Shown in pieces: positions 11,814 through 24,300 of a DNA stretch of 64,000 nucleotides. The translations under genes and the position numbers were made by a program. The stretch is from assembly GCA_043228905.1 (NCBI GenBank), contig JBHGNT010000011.1, positions 9,114,001 to 9,178,000 of the forward strand. The letters are read 5' to 3'. The DNA comes from Azolla caroliniana (lineage: Eukaryota; Plantae; Polypodiophyta). The notes below the pieces were generated by a model that was not told the DNA's origin, did no database searches, and saw only the letters and a list, made by a program, of their open reading frames with translations. Numbering within the stretch: the first letter of the stretch is position 1; each line of letters begins with the position of its first letter.

Positions 11814-14800
11814 ATCGTCGGTCTCTGTTCAGCCCTTTAGGCCTCGTTCGGCTGCTTCTCTGCCCATTGTTCGGCCATTGGCTGTTGTTCGTCGCTATCT
11901 GGCTTGTTATTCCGATTGTCGACAATTGGCTGCCTATGTTTGCCTCTTGCATAGTCATTCTTTGAGAGCCGCCACCTCTCTTCATCCAACCTCCGTTCGG
12001 CCCCTGTTTGGCCATTCCAACCCCTACTCTGTTTGTTCTAGCCATCGATTTTTGGTTGTGTTTATCGGTTGATTTTCGGTTACTGTTGCCAATTGTCTAC
12101 TACTCGGCTGCCGTCGCCGGTTGTCCAGGCCGACCGCCATTTTGATTGTTGTTGCTCTTTGTCTAGTTGCTTTCATTCGTTCCGGCCATTCTTCGATCAA
12201 TGTCTGGTCAATCCGACCGCTCCTTGGCCACTCCGGTCGCTCGTTGTTCGGCTCTCGCCATTGTTCATTTTTTTTCCCTTCTCTGTTGCCATCATAACCG
12301 GCTCTGTTCATGTTTTCCATTGGATTCATCGTTTCGGCATCAACTCTGTTTGTTTTTTTTTCTTCTTCGCCATCATCACCAGCTCCGTTTGTTGTTGATG
12401 TTGCCATCTTCATTTTCCGCCTTCGTCCCCATCTCCACCGTCCTCCTATCCGTTTTGGTCGTCTCTTGCATTACACTTTCCCACCACACACACATTGTCG
12501 TTAATCGTACACTCACACATACGTCATTGCCATTCTCGAACATTTCTGCCATTTCTTGCACTTTTTCTTCATGTCTTGCACATCATCATTATTTCTCGTT
12601 GTTCTCGAACATTAGTTGTCATTGTGCATCCTTCTTCGACTTTTTCTCCAAGTGGGGTAGGCCGTAGGGCATGCCAAAATAGTGTTATTGGTTTAGGGTT
12701 AATGATTATGATAGTGATGAAGATAGAAATGGTTAGCGACAATGGATTGATGACGAATGTAAATGATGATGGAGATGATGAATGTAACGAGGTAATAGCA
12801 TGATTGCGATGTGCATTGGGAAGAATTGTGGGGTGGGGGGTGGCGCCTAGAATGGCTCCACCCCCCTCCCAAGGGGGTTCAACGTGAGGCAGGAGAGAGA
12901 GAGAGAGAGACATGACAAGAGAGAGAAGTTGAGAGACAGAAATCCTTCCTTACGTTTCATTCATTTCCTATAAGGGGGTTAAATAGTACAAAGAGGGAGG
13001 GTAGATACATAGGGGTGCAAGCCCCCTTAGCCATCCACACTAATCAGTCACTCACACCTCTTCTTATCTGTCTAAATGCACACATGTGTGCATATGTTGA
13101 CATACGCATCTACTCACACCCACAATTATACTTGTGCACATTTATACATACACATAAACACTTTACTCTTTCATCTTCACTTGTCATTCTCAAATCTCCA
13201 TACATCTCGTATGGTAACAATTAATTCATGAAGGGGGTAAAAGAGAACAAGTGGGAAAGGTGGAGAGTAAGAGAGAACAAAATAAATGATAATGAATATA
13301 GAAAATAGGATATTTGTAAAAAAACAATTATATGTTATAGGGCAATGCTTAGCACCATATAGTGCTAGATTTTTTAAGCGATGCTAATGGTCACAAAAAT
13401 TATAACATTGAAACCAATGTTCAAACATACAAGAACATTGAATTTCACATTATAGTATATGTCAAGTTTTCATGATGCTAAGCTCTTTTATGTAATCGTT
13501 ATGAACTATGTTACCCACATGGTGAATGCGATGAATACGGTGTTATGAGATTGCATCTTGAGCATTATTATGTCATTCCTTGACAACATTCCCATGATAG
13601 GTTCCCTTGATGAGTGTAAGGAGAAGACTAAAGATAGAATGAATTGCTAAAATGTTGTATCAAATCATATATCCGATCATGAGAAGATGTTCATTAGATT
13701 TGGAGCACCACATTTAACTTTATTAGAGAGCTTTGTTGTGGCTCGCACAACAAATGCGATGAATACAATGTTATGGGATTGCATTTTGATCATTATTGGT
13801 GCCAAGATTCCATGATGTTGGGCTCTTTTATGTATTGGTTGGGCATTATTATATCGTTCCTCAACAATATCCCCATGAAAGGTTTTGTGGATAAGGATAA
13901 GGACAAGACAAGAGATCAAACCATTTTCTAACATTTTGTATGAAATCACATATCCAATTATGAGAAGATATTCATTAGATTTAGATGACCACACCTAAAC
14001 CTAACCACTTAAACCTCTTAAGTGGTAATTTTGAGTTTTAGAACCAAACCAAACCATTTAATAATAATTGAACAAAACAAAATCTTTTAATTATATTGGA
14101 ACCAATCAATTGTTAAACCATGGCTTAACAATGCAGTTCGGTTTGAGCTGAAACCACACCCACTACATACTCCAATGCACAATTTTCACTCGCGTCAAGC
14201 TATTGATTTAGACCTTGATAAGTGAGTGCATATACCATATCTTTATGAGACATGAGCAATAATTGAACCACTCACGAATATTTAATATGCACACTTCATT
14301 GTCATTGCCCCTTGATTGATCCATCTTCCACTACCAGTACACCAAAGTTACATACATCCCATGCTCAGTCACCCTTAGCTCATTTCTACAATAGTGTTTC
14401 TTCCCATGCTGCAAAAATGTTATCATATAGCTAGGACAATTGGACAGTATAGTTGATTCCTTGCTGGTATTATTCTACTTCGTGGGCACCAGAACATTGT
14501 ATACCAATGAGACACTTAAATCAATATATTCTGACAATTTCACTTGGAAGAGAATACAAAGCACAGATATAGCTTAGTACAGCAAGATAATTGCAAAACT
14601 GAAGATCATTGAAAACGTAAATTATTTTACACAAACCTCATGATGAGGAAACTCTTTATGGTACAGAATATAATGAAGAGAAATACTCAACCTACAGATA
14701 ATTATTATCTAAACAGGAATGATGAGAATCATCATTCCCATTTGCACATTAAAAAATTAAGAGGATCTATTGTTGGCCAAGTTCATGCATGTTATACATT

Positions 14801-15117
14801 GAGAAAATTTAGCATATACGAAGATTGCAACCCTATTATGACATCCTTAAATGTATGACAATGGGTGCAAGATATGAAGGGCACAACTAACGTAGTGCAC
14901 CCCTACTAAAAATGGTGGGATATGAATAGCATTAGGACTATGGTCTTTATCTTTGTTACTACGGTCTTTGACCAAAATAAAGGAAGAAATGCTGAGATAT
15001 TATATATCTGTTATTAATTTGCATATATTTTACATCCAGAAGAAGATTGTGGAGAGAAAGGAATATGAGTTGAAGGGTGGTGGTCGGTTTATTCATTATC
15101 ATGGCCAAAAAACAATG

Positions 15118-15304
15118 CTAGGCTGATTTTGTTTTCTCTATGTTTGCACCCAGCATTCTCAACTTCTTATCGAACCCCTCATAGCCTCTATCCACATGCT
15201 CTGCACCTTCAATAGTTGTTATCCCCTCTGCAGCCAACCCTGCAAGTACAAGAGCTGCACCTGCCCTAAGGTCCTTTGCCTTCACACGTGTACCTGACAA
15301 GAAA
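15118..15304 (-). CDS. murA: murA coding exon 6 (C-terminus, TAG stop)
   Basis: Pyrimidine tract then TTGCAG|T acceptor; reads [27 protein letters not shown]...[24 protein letters not shown]. Confidence 0.95.
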
Positions 15305-18300
15305 CTGCAAAGAAAAAGCATAAAATACCTAGTCTATATGATTGCTGGCATGAAATGCTAGAGGCCAAAATGACCTATAAGACCAACAAAAGATTACATT
15401 GTAAGTGTTACTAGGTAAACGAAAAAATAAATAAGATGAAACGTGACTGAAGAATCTTGTTACCTATACATATAAGATTCTCACGTCAAATATATTGCAA
15501 TTTTCACCTTCAAAAAACCTCTAGCATAGGTAGATTTAGAATGGAGAGGTCTCCAAAGCGAGGGAAGCACCTGCAATGCCGGGAGATAATGGACTTTGTC
15601 GGCGATGACAAGGGATCATGGTTCATGAGGCCGAGGCATATGTGCATGGAAAATTGCTATTGCCTGATCTATTCTAGGCCCTTTGCTATCTCCTTGTTGG
15701 GAGCCCATTTGTGTAGCCTGTCCGTGATTGACTTGTATATGAGGAGTGATGGAGCTAAAGAAAATTGTGTGGTCATGCTATTGTCCTTCAATAATTTTTC
15801 CCTGTGACTCGTAAGTTCTAGCGAGAAAAACCCCAAGCATTGTCGGTCCTTGTATTCCATTACCTTGCATAGTGAGCGAAAGCCTTGCTTAAAAAGGCAA
15901 TGGTATCTCCCTCTTATTTCATAAAAAACACTACAATTTCCTAAACAATTGGCAAATTCTTCCTTCTAGAGGCATTCGTGCATATCTCCCTATCTCAATC
16001 TCTAACTGATGTGATGAAGCTACAGCAGACCTATGCAATTGTGCAACTCATGGAAAGACATACGTCCATATAAGAGGGCCTATTGATGAATCCATCCTCT
16101 GATGCATATAGAAAGTGTGTACTCACATTGTCCTACCAAGTTATATTTTGGAGCTGCTCCATGTTATCTTGATTTCCAAGTTAATAACATTAGTTCAAAT
16201 CACTCTATTATTTTCAATTTTGGTCATGTTTAGATGGGACCAATCCAAGGTATATTGGAACGGTTGTAGTGCATTTACGCTTATGCCATGTGACTCGAAC
16301 TATTGCTGCATTTTTAACTTATCAGCAATGAATGTCTCCATGTTCCGAAAGTTGCTTTTAAGAACTTAGTGCTAACCTTGAGTACCTTTGTTTAGGGATC
16401 TCCCAAAGTTGTTGGATACGAGACATTGCTTGGAATAATGTCTCAATGATTATAGGAACTACTCTCATCTTTGATTGGACTATATCATCGGGCCAATGCT
16501 TTGCTCTTTATCATACAACCAATCACGCACAACTAAAGGTCTCTTTAAAAATCTTTGCAGTTATTTGCATTGTTAAGACTCAGACCCCACGTTTCTATTC
16601 CATAGAGAAGAGTGGGTATCACAAGTGTATCGAATAGCCATAGTTTAGTTCATGGCACTTAGACCTAGAAATGTGCACATTGCCTTTCAATAGCACCAAG
16701 GGCTTCATATCCACGAGAAAGTTAAGCACAAGCAACCTCCTGTAAAGAGAATCTGGGCCCTATGCATGTTATTCCTAGTTATTTGTAGGAGTGTGTATGC
16801 CACCTTTTCCTCTCCCAAGAAGAAAATACTTGATCTTCTTACCCATGCTTTAGTGGTGTTAAACACCATCACTATAGCTTTATTCATGTTTATTGAAAAA
16901 CCTTTGTCCATAGAAAATACTTTTACGGTGTTTAGATCTCTTTGAAGTCCCCCCCCGGAGAGTCCGCGATCAGCAGAATATCATAATCATACGTTAATAT
17001 TTGTATGGTTATACCCATTAGGCATGCTCCTGAACCCCCAAATCTCTCTATGTGACCAAAGACAATGGTTAATAGTAGCTATCCTTCGTTTACTCCAATT
17101 GTGCAAGCCACAACCTCCAACAAACCATTGGGAGACTGCACTTTTCTTGACAGAAATTCATACAGTGCATAGATTCCCCATAGATATCTATAGGGACACC
17201 GAGGGCTTCTAGCCATTGCATAAGCCGAGCATGCGGCACATTGTCGAAGACTTTTCCGAAATCCACAAAGCAGCAATAAATCCTTTTCTTATAGGCTCTG
17301 CCCTCTTTGATAAGGGCTCAAAGGGTCAATATGTGATCAAGGTTGTGAAATCATTCTACAAGCCTGATTGTCCAGCTGAATGACAGCTATTTCACTTTGC
17401 CCATATACACAATTCTGACTCTAGGATCGAGCCAAATAGTTCAGTCAAGTAATGGCCAATCATGATTGTCCTATAGTTGTGTGGCATCAGGGGTCTCCAC
17501 TCTTGAGGATTGGCACCATGGTATGTTCTGTCGAGTAGGGAAACCTTCAAACATAGTTTTGTTAAAGATGTACGCTAGCAATGGGAGCAAGACATCATGG
17601 GCCTACCAATGTATCATATCCTAGGTCTTCCCAAATTGGAACCAATCAATGGCATTTATTGCATTTTGTGGCGTAAAAAATGTGGATTCATGTGAGCGCT
17701 AGCCATGCAGGTAGGGGAGTGGGACTGCCTAGGGATATCATATAGTGCCTCTGTGTATTCGTGCCATTTGTGTGGTAGGTTGCCTTTCATTAAACATTTT
17801 CCATCTTGTCCTAGGAGCAAGCACTACACATTCTCTTCAAATTTAGCTAAATACAGTCTTTGTTCCGACATTCTTGGCATCTTTTTGTGGACTTCCTTTT
17901 TCAGCCCAACCAACCATTAATACATGTAATGCACAAATTTTCCTTATGGCTTGTTCCTCTAATGTAGCGTCCATCATTTTCATCTTATTCACTAATGCTC
18001 TTTTTCGCTTTATCACTACCTCCATCCAAGCAATGTTTGCATTAATTTCTTTAAGCACATGCTCAGCTTGAGCTTTGGCATCTTCAGCCATCTCTGCCCA
18101 TGTTTGAATTTCCCTTACTATTTCTGTTTCTCTATGCCATTTTGCAATTCCTCTCTTAATGCTCTTTCTATATCATCTCTGATACGATTGCGCAATCAAA
18201 TGGCATAATAGATCATGTTTCCCTTTTCCAACATCAAATGGAACTTGCATTTTCGGTGCCTTGTGTGCCCTTCTAGCACTATCCGAGATGCTTACATTCT

Positions 18301-21300
18301 ATCCTTTTCTTCTACGGTATCTTCTTGGGGTCTTGATGAGATCCATACTTCATTTTCTGTCCATTCAGAATCCATGGTGTCCTGTAGTTAGGACAGTACG
18401 TACAAGGTATAGTCGGAGAAATCCAGACAGCGAAGGGCAAAGGGAACATTGTAGAAATCAAGAATGTGGAGATTAGCCAAAGAGGAGACAGAGATTAGTC
18501 AGACATTACAAAAAACGCAGAGGACGATGAGATTACGCAAACATTTCAGATAACTAGAGGATACAATAATTAGGCAGCACTGCAGAAAATGCAGAATAAA
18601 CAAAACCATTTTCATCGGATTACTGCAGGAGATATTCTAGTGACAGAAAACTCAGATTTGTTATCTAAATTTATAATTAGCAATGCAAATATTATCATTT
18701 TAAGAGAAAACTGAAGAATGGCATTGATACCTTCCCATATCTCTGCCATTAATGATGGCTTCATTCCTCAACAGACATATTTTTGCGCCAAGCCTTTGAA
18801 GCTCCTTGGCTAAACATGTACGAAACGTTCATAGAAGTAGTAAGTATCAGCCCTGGATATTTTGCATACATGAAATGCATGTGACATAACAAAAAAAAAT
18901 GAGCGTATATGCTACCATGACTCATTCGGTTCTCAAATACCATCTCCTTTATTGAGCTCTCTCCATGGCACATTATCATCAATGACATAAGCTGAGGTTG
19001 CAAATCAGTTGGAAAACCAGGATACGGACCTGTAATCATCTTTACACCTCGAAGACTTGAAGAAGGGATAATCTGGAGAATCACAGATGAGTCAAAACAT
19101 GTGAAAAGAATTGACGTATATTACATTTTCTAAAGTTCTACCTGCAAAATTCCATCATCATGCTCCTTAAAATGGCAGCCAATTCTTGTCAATTTTTCCA
19201 CAACTGCCGTCAAGTGATTCGGTATGACAGGAGACAAGGATATACTTGACTGCATGATTGCTGCTGCAATTAGGAAAGTACCTGCCTCAATACGGTCAGG
19301 GATAACAGAGTAAACTGTACCATGTAGTTTCTTTACACCCTTTATAATGAGTTTGTTTGTCCCAGCACCCTCAATGTTTGCACCACACGCTATGAGAAAC
19401 CTAGCAAGATCCACCACTTCTGGTTCCTAAATATGTTTCAAGTAATTAGGTTGTGTTACAAAGGTTTATTTGCAGAAAAATAGGAGTTCCACATGAACAT
19501 TCTAACACCATTAAGAGCAAGCCATAAAACATTTTCCAGTGAAATCATAAAACACAAAATTGGTGAACAACCTAGAAAACATAACAAGATATAGGGAGAG
19601 CTGATTTTTATGATTAAATATTGCATGATTATGCATCTGATCACCATTATCATTCTCTTGAAAGATGGTAGGTTCATAATATAGTGCTGTATTTCAGAGT
19701 TTAAGAAGACTTTTGATTCTACTATAAGGTGAACATATGGGCCCCGAATCAAGATGAATTTGTTTTTCTACTTTTACTGCAGGCCGCCATGGCCATGGAT
19801 GCCTTGGAAACAATCATGCATGTTCCATTGAGGGTATTGGCACAGTGCATTTTTCTACAAATGGTACTAATGAGCTGGTTTTGCATGATGTATATTATGT
19901 ACCAAGATCAAGAAGAGCTTGCTTTTGTGGGTCAAATGGATATGCATGGTTATAGCATTCTCTTTGAGAGAGGATCATGGAAAATGAGAAAAGGTTCAAG
20001 GCTGATTGTGAAAGGCACAAAGAAGGGAACTCTATATTGCTTACAAGGAAATGCTTTATCAAGCAAGTTTATTGCTTTGGCTGAAGTTCACTCCCATATG
20101 GATTTGTGGCATAAGAGACTTGGCCATATGAGCCAAAAGTGTCTCACTAGGCTTTGTAATCTAAAGAAGCTTGATGCAAAAGATAAAAAGCTTGATTTTT
20201 GTAATGAATGTCAATATGGAAAGCAAGTGAAGTGTTCCTTTTACTCTAGAGTGGCTTGTAAGTCTTGTATACTTTATCTTGTTTATTCTTATGTGTGTAG
20301 CATGCCCACCAAATCTACAGAGGGTGGGTGCTTTGTATTTTATTTCATTTGTTAATGATTTCTCTAGAAAAATTTGGGTTCAATTGCTTAAATCTAAGGA
20401 TGAACCCTTTCCTACATTTAACCATTTTCATGATTTGTGACCACCCAAACAGGTAGAAATCTGAAATGTTTGCGTACAAACAATGGTGGTGAGTATAAAA
20501 GTGCTAAATTCAAGAAATTTTGGGAAATTTTGGGTTTAGGGTTTAGGTTATTGTTCCATACAGCCCCTCTTCTAATAGAACACTTTCTGAGAGGGTGAGA
20601 TGCATGCTGTCCACCACTAATCTCACTCATAGATTTTGGGGAGACACACTCAAAACTGCAATACATGTATGCAATAGATCCCCTTACATGTCTTTAAAAT
20701 GTGACATCCCTGAATAGGTTTGGTCTAGCAAACCTGCTTCATATGATCACTTACGTGTCTTTGGCTACGAGGCTTTTGTACATATTAGGCCTTACCTGAG
20801 AAACAAACTTGATGCCAAGTCCATTAAAGGCCTCTTCATGGAATATGGTGAAGAAGACGAAATGGCTTACAAGATTTGGATACCCTAACTCAAGAAGGTT
20901 GTACACAGCCGGGATGTTGTTTTCAATAAGGCAAGGCTGCTTCAAAACAATTGTGTCTCAAATGATGACCATAAAAGAGTTAGATTTCAGCATGATCAGC
21001 CACCTGTTAGACCCAGCTTTGACCCTCGGGATGCACCACAAAGGACTAAAAATATTGATGATCCAGTGGTTTTGGAGCCAGAAGACGTTGGACAGCAAGA
21101 GGAGGATCCTGAGGGGAATATGCAAGCAAATAATAATGTTGAAAATGGTGCTGAAAATAATGGACAGTGGCCTAATAATGATGATTTAGACATACCACCT
21201 GATGCAGACCTATTGTCTAACAATGTGGACCATTGGGTGAGACGTTGTCGTGAAGTTGAGGTTTCACGATATAGAAACAATCATAAAAATCTTTACAAGT

Positions 21301-24300
21301 AAATTTTCCTTCTAGAGCTTGAGACAAGGAGCATATACAATTTTTCGGTTCATAGATTGGAGTTCGGAAGCCAAAATATACAGCCTTCGGAAGGATCAAT
21401 GCTACTTGAGACAAAAATATAATTATATCAAAAAGGGGGATTCAAAATTAGATGACAATGATTTTGTAATTTCTTGAATGTAAAATAAAAAAATAAGAAG
21501 AAACAATTGCCCATGCATGAGGCGGTTTGTCAACCACCTCAAGGAGGGTGGTAGGGTGGTTGACCCCCTATAAAAGTCACTCCCATGGTAGCCGAAGAGG
21601 GGAGAGGGGAAGCGAGGAAGAAGAAAAGAAAGTGAGTGAAGAAGCTCACGAGGGTGAAGGATGCAAAGGTCGCGCAAGAAGATGGTGGCCTGCTAAACAC
21701 AAGACAAAAACTAAACAAAAGAAAGGCAAAGCAAGAAAACGAAGAAGTTGAAGTGGTCTATCTCAAATGCCTCTTCGCAAATAGAGGTGAGTTTGAGTGA
21801 GTCCTCCCAAAACAACTTCTTTTAATAAACAAGTTTTTTAAGATAAAACTAGTAAATATAAAGAGAAAGAAAGTTAAATTAATAGAGAAAGAGAAGAGTT
21901 GAAGTGGTTGATTGTTCAAGGGTGCCAACTCCAAACCTGCACTCTCTTTCATCATTATTATCTCTTTTTTTCATTTACTCTTCCTAGATTCTTCTCTCTC
22001 TAGAATCTGCACCTCTTTAAATGCCATCTCTCTCTAGAATCTACAACGCTTTAAATGTCTTCTTTCTCTTCCACTTTTTCCAAGATATTCCCTTTTATTC
22101 CTAGTTTATTGTAGCTATTTGGTAGTACAATAATCTCTTAACTACCAAACAACCATTCCCAATTTTGTATAAATAGGCTATACCAGCCTCTTTTGTAAGA
22201 TGATCATTTTCTGTTGCTACTTAAAAACAAGCTCTATTCTTTGGTTGTGTCTCTACTCTTTGCAACCATTTTTTCTACAGCTGTCTAACAGCCTTCTCAC
22301 AGCTTGGTTGTGTCTAATTTGTTCTAACAATTGGTCTGCTGCTGCTATTAATAGCATTTCTCACATGGTATCAGAGCAGTGAGGTCTCTATATCCTCAGC
22401 CTGATTTTTTTTTTCCAAATTGCACAGACCTATCTTCTTTTATCCCTCCCTCCCAACCCTATAGAGGAGGTTCTCTTGGCAGCCACCCTCCCAACCTACA
22501 GAGGAGGTTCTTCTTTTTGTCTTTTCCCCTCATCCAAGCCTCACCTAGCATCTAGGGAGAAGTAGAAAGACCCTGAGCATCTACTTACAGCTGCTGCAAA
22601 TTGTCCAATTGTAGCTCAAGAGGAGGATATTCATGGCCTCACATGCCACCATCATCATCAACCATTCCCCAACTCCCCAAAGAGTCCATCTTGGATGGGA
22701 ACAATTACTTGGATTTGGAACTGCAAATAAAGACCTTGCTACAGTACCATTGTCTATGGAATGTAGTCAATGGTAGTGACAAGAAACCACCGATAACTTC
22801 ATCTTCTTCAACCAAATCAGTTGCTGGCTCATCTAACGCTGAGATTGAAGCTTGGCTAGATAAGGATTCTCGTGCTCATGCTTTCCTCATGTTTAATATT
22901 AAACCGAGCATCGCTCGTCAATTTCAAAATACAGATGAAGAGATAGCCAACGAACTATGGGCAGCCATCAAAAAGAGGTATCATCGAGCTAATCATGCTC
23001 AAATGATAGCTATTGAGAGCCAAATAGCAAATCTCAAGATTCATGACACTCCCAACATCATGGATCAAATAACGCAATTTGTTACGCTCCAAAAAGAACT
23101 AGTTTCTTTGGGAAGCAAGTCAACTGAAGTTGAGTTTGTGCATCGTCTAATGATAAATTTGCCTGAGTCATTCTCAGGTTTTTGTGACACAATTTCTCTT
23201 CTTCCCACGCACCTGACATGAATACATTTCTTGGCATGCTACAAGACAGGGCAACAAGGAAGAAAAGTGCTCAAACTTCCAATGAGACACTTCTACATGC
23301 GAAAAGTAACGGCAAGTGGAAGCCAAATGGTAACTCCTACAACAAACCCAATCCAAGACCACCAAACAACCCAGCCTACAAAGAGCTCACTTGTCATTAT
23401 TGTGGCTACAAAGGTCACATTCAGCCCGATTGTCAGAAAAAGAAAAGGGACAATGCTAAGAAACACTGAAATCCAACTCGGCCCACTCAGCCAAAGAAAC
23501 AGTTTTCCTTGGCATTGAGGAACATACTTCACACTTGGGTGGACCAACTACCTCAACCATTGATGAGTGGTTAGTAGATAGTGGTGCCACTTCACACATG
23601 ACCTATGGCAAATCCATTTTGCATGATGTGAAGCCTAGCTCCTCCCAAATCTCCATAGGAGACGCCTCAAGCATTGAGGCTTCATGTGTGGGTAATATGC
23701 TTCTTAACAATTCTTCAAATGAAGAACCTGTCGTTCTTCAAGATGTGCTACATGTGCCTCGCATCTCTGCCAACCTACTTTCGGTCTACCAAATCACTAA
23801 GCAAGGTTATGGAGTCTACTTTGATAGCTCAGTTTTGGAAGTCATTGACCCCAATAGCCTACAAATTGTAGCTAGTGGCACACAAGAAGGGGGTTTATAC
23901 CACCTGAAAAGTTCCCACGGCCCCTTGGAAAAATCCAAATCTCATCTTCTTCAAGGCTCTCATGCCTTGGTGGCACAAGAAGATCCCACGTTGTGGCATG
24001 CTAGGTTTGGTCATCTCAACTATGATTCTCTTCAAAAGCTCTCCTCTTCCCAACTAGTTGAGCGTCTTTCTATTTTCAAAACTCCCAATACCTCATGTGT
24101 TGCTTGTTTTCATGGCAAGCAACATCGAGAGCCTTTCCCACATGAGGCCACTCACCATTGCAACACCTATCTTGGAGTTAGTGCACATGGATCTTTGTGG
24201 TCCCATGAAAACCACTACTCTTGGTGGTGCACGCTACTTCATGCTTATAATTGATGGCTCCCACAAGGTTTGGGTTTATTTTCTTGTAGAAAAATCTCAA

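Larger units (their letters stand above)
7781..13219 (-). mobile_element. Non-coding LTR element (LARD-like), LTRs 7781-8299 and 12683-13219, TSD ATTAA
   Basis: Two direct ~520-540 bp repeats with TGTTA...TAACA ends; ATTAA at 7776-7780 and 13220-13224. PBS-like TGGCATGCCC on the minus strand at 12676-12667, so the strand is tentative. The interior is T/C-rich with no recognisable pol of its own. Confidence 0.85.

Noticed and set aside
13470-14000. Diverged local duplication with faint integrase zinc-finger resemblance
   Set aside because: Too degenerate to assign or delimit by eye.
13990-14165. AAACC-rich stretch resembling one end of a hAT element
   Set aside because: No matching second terminus or TSD found.
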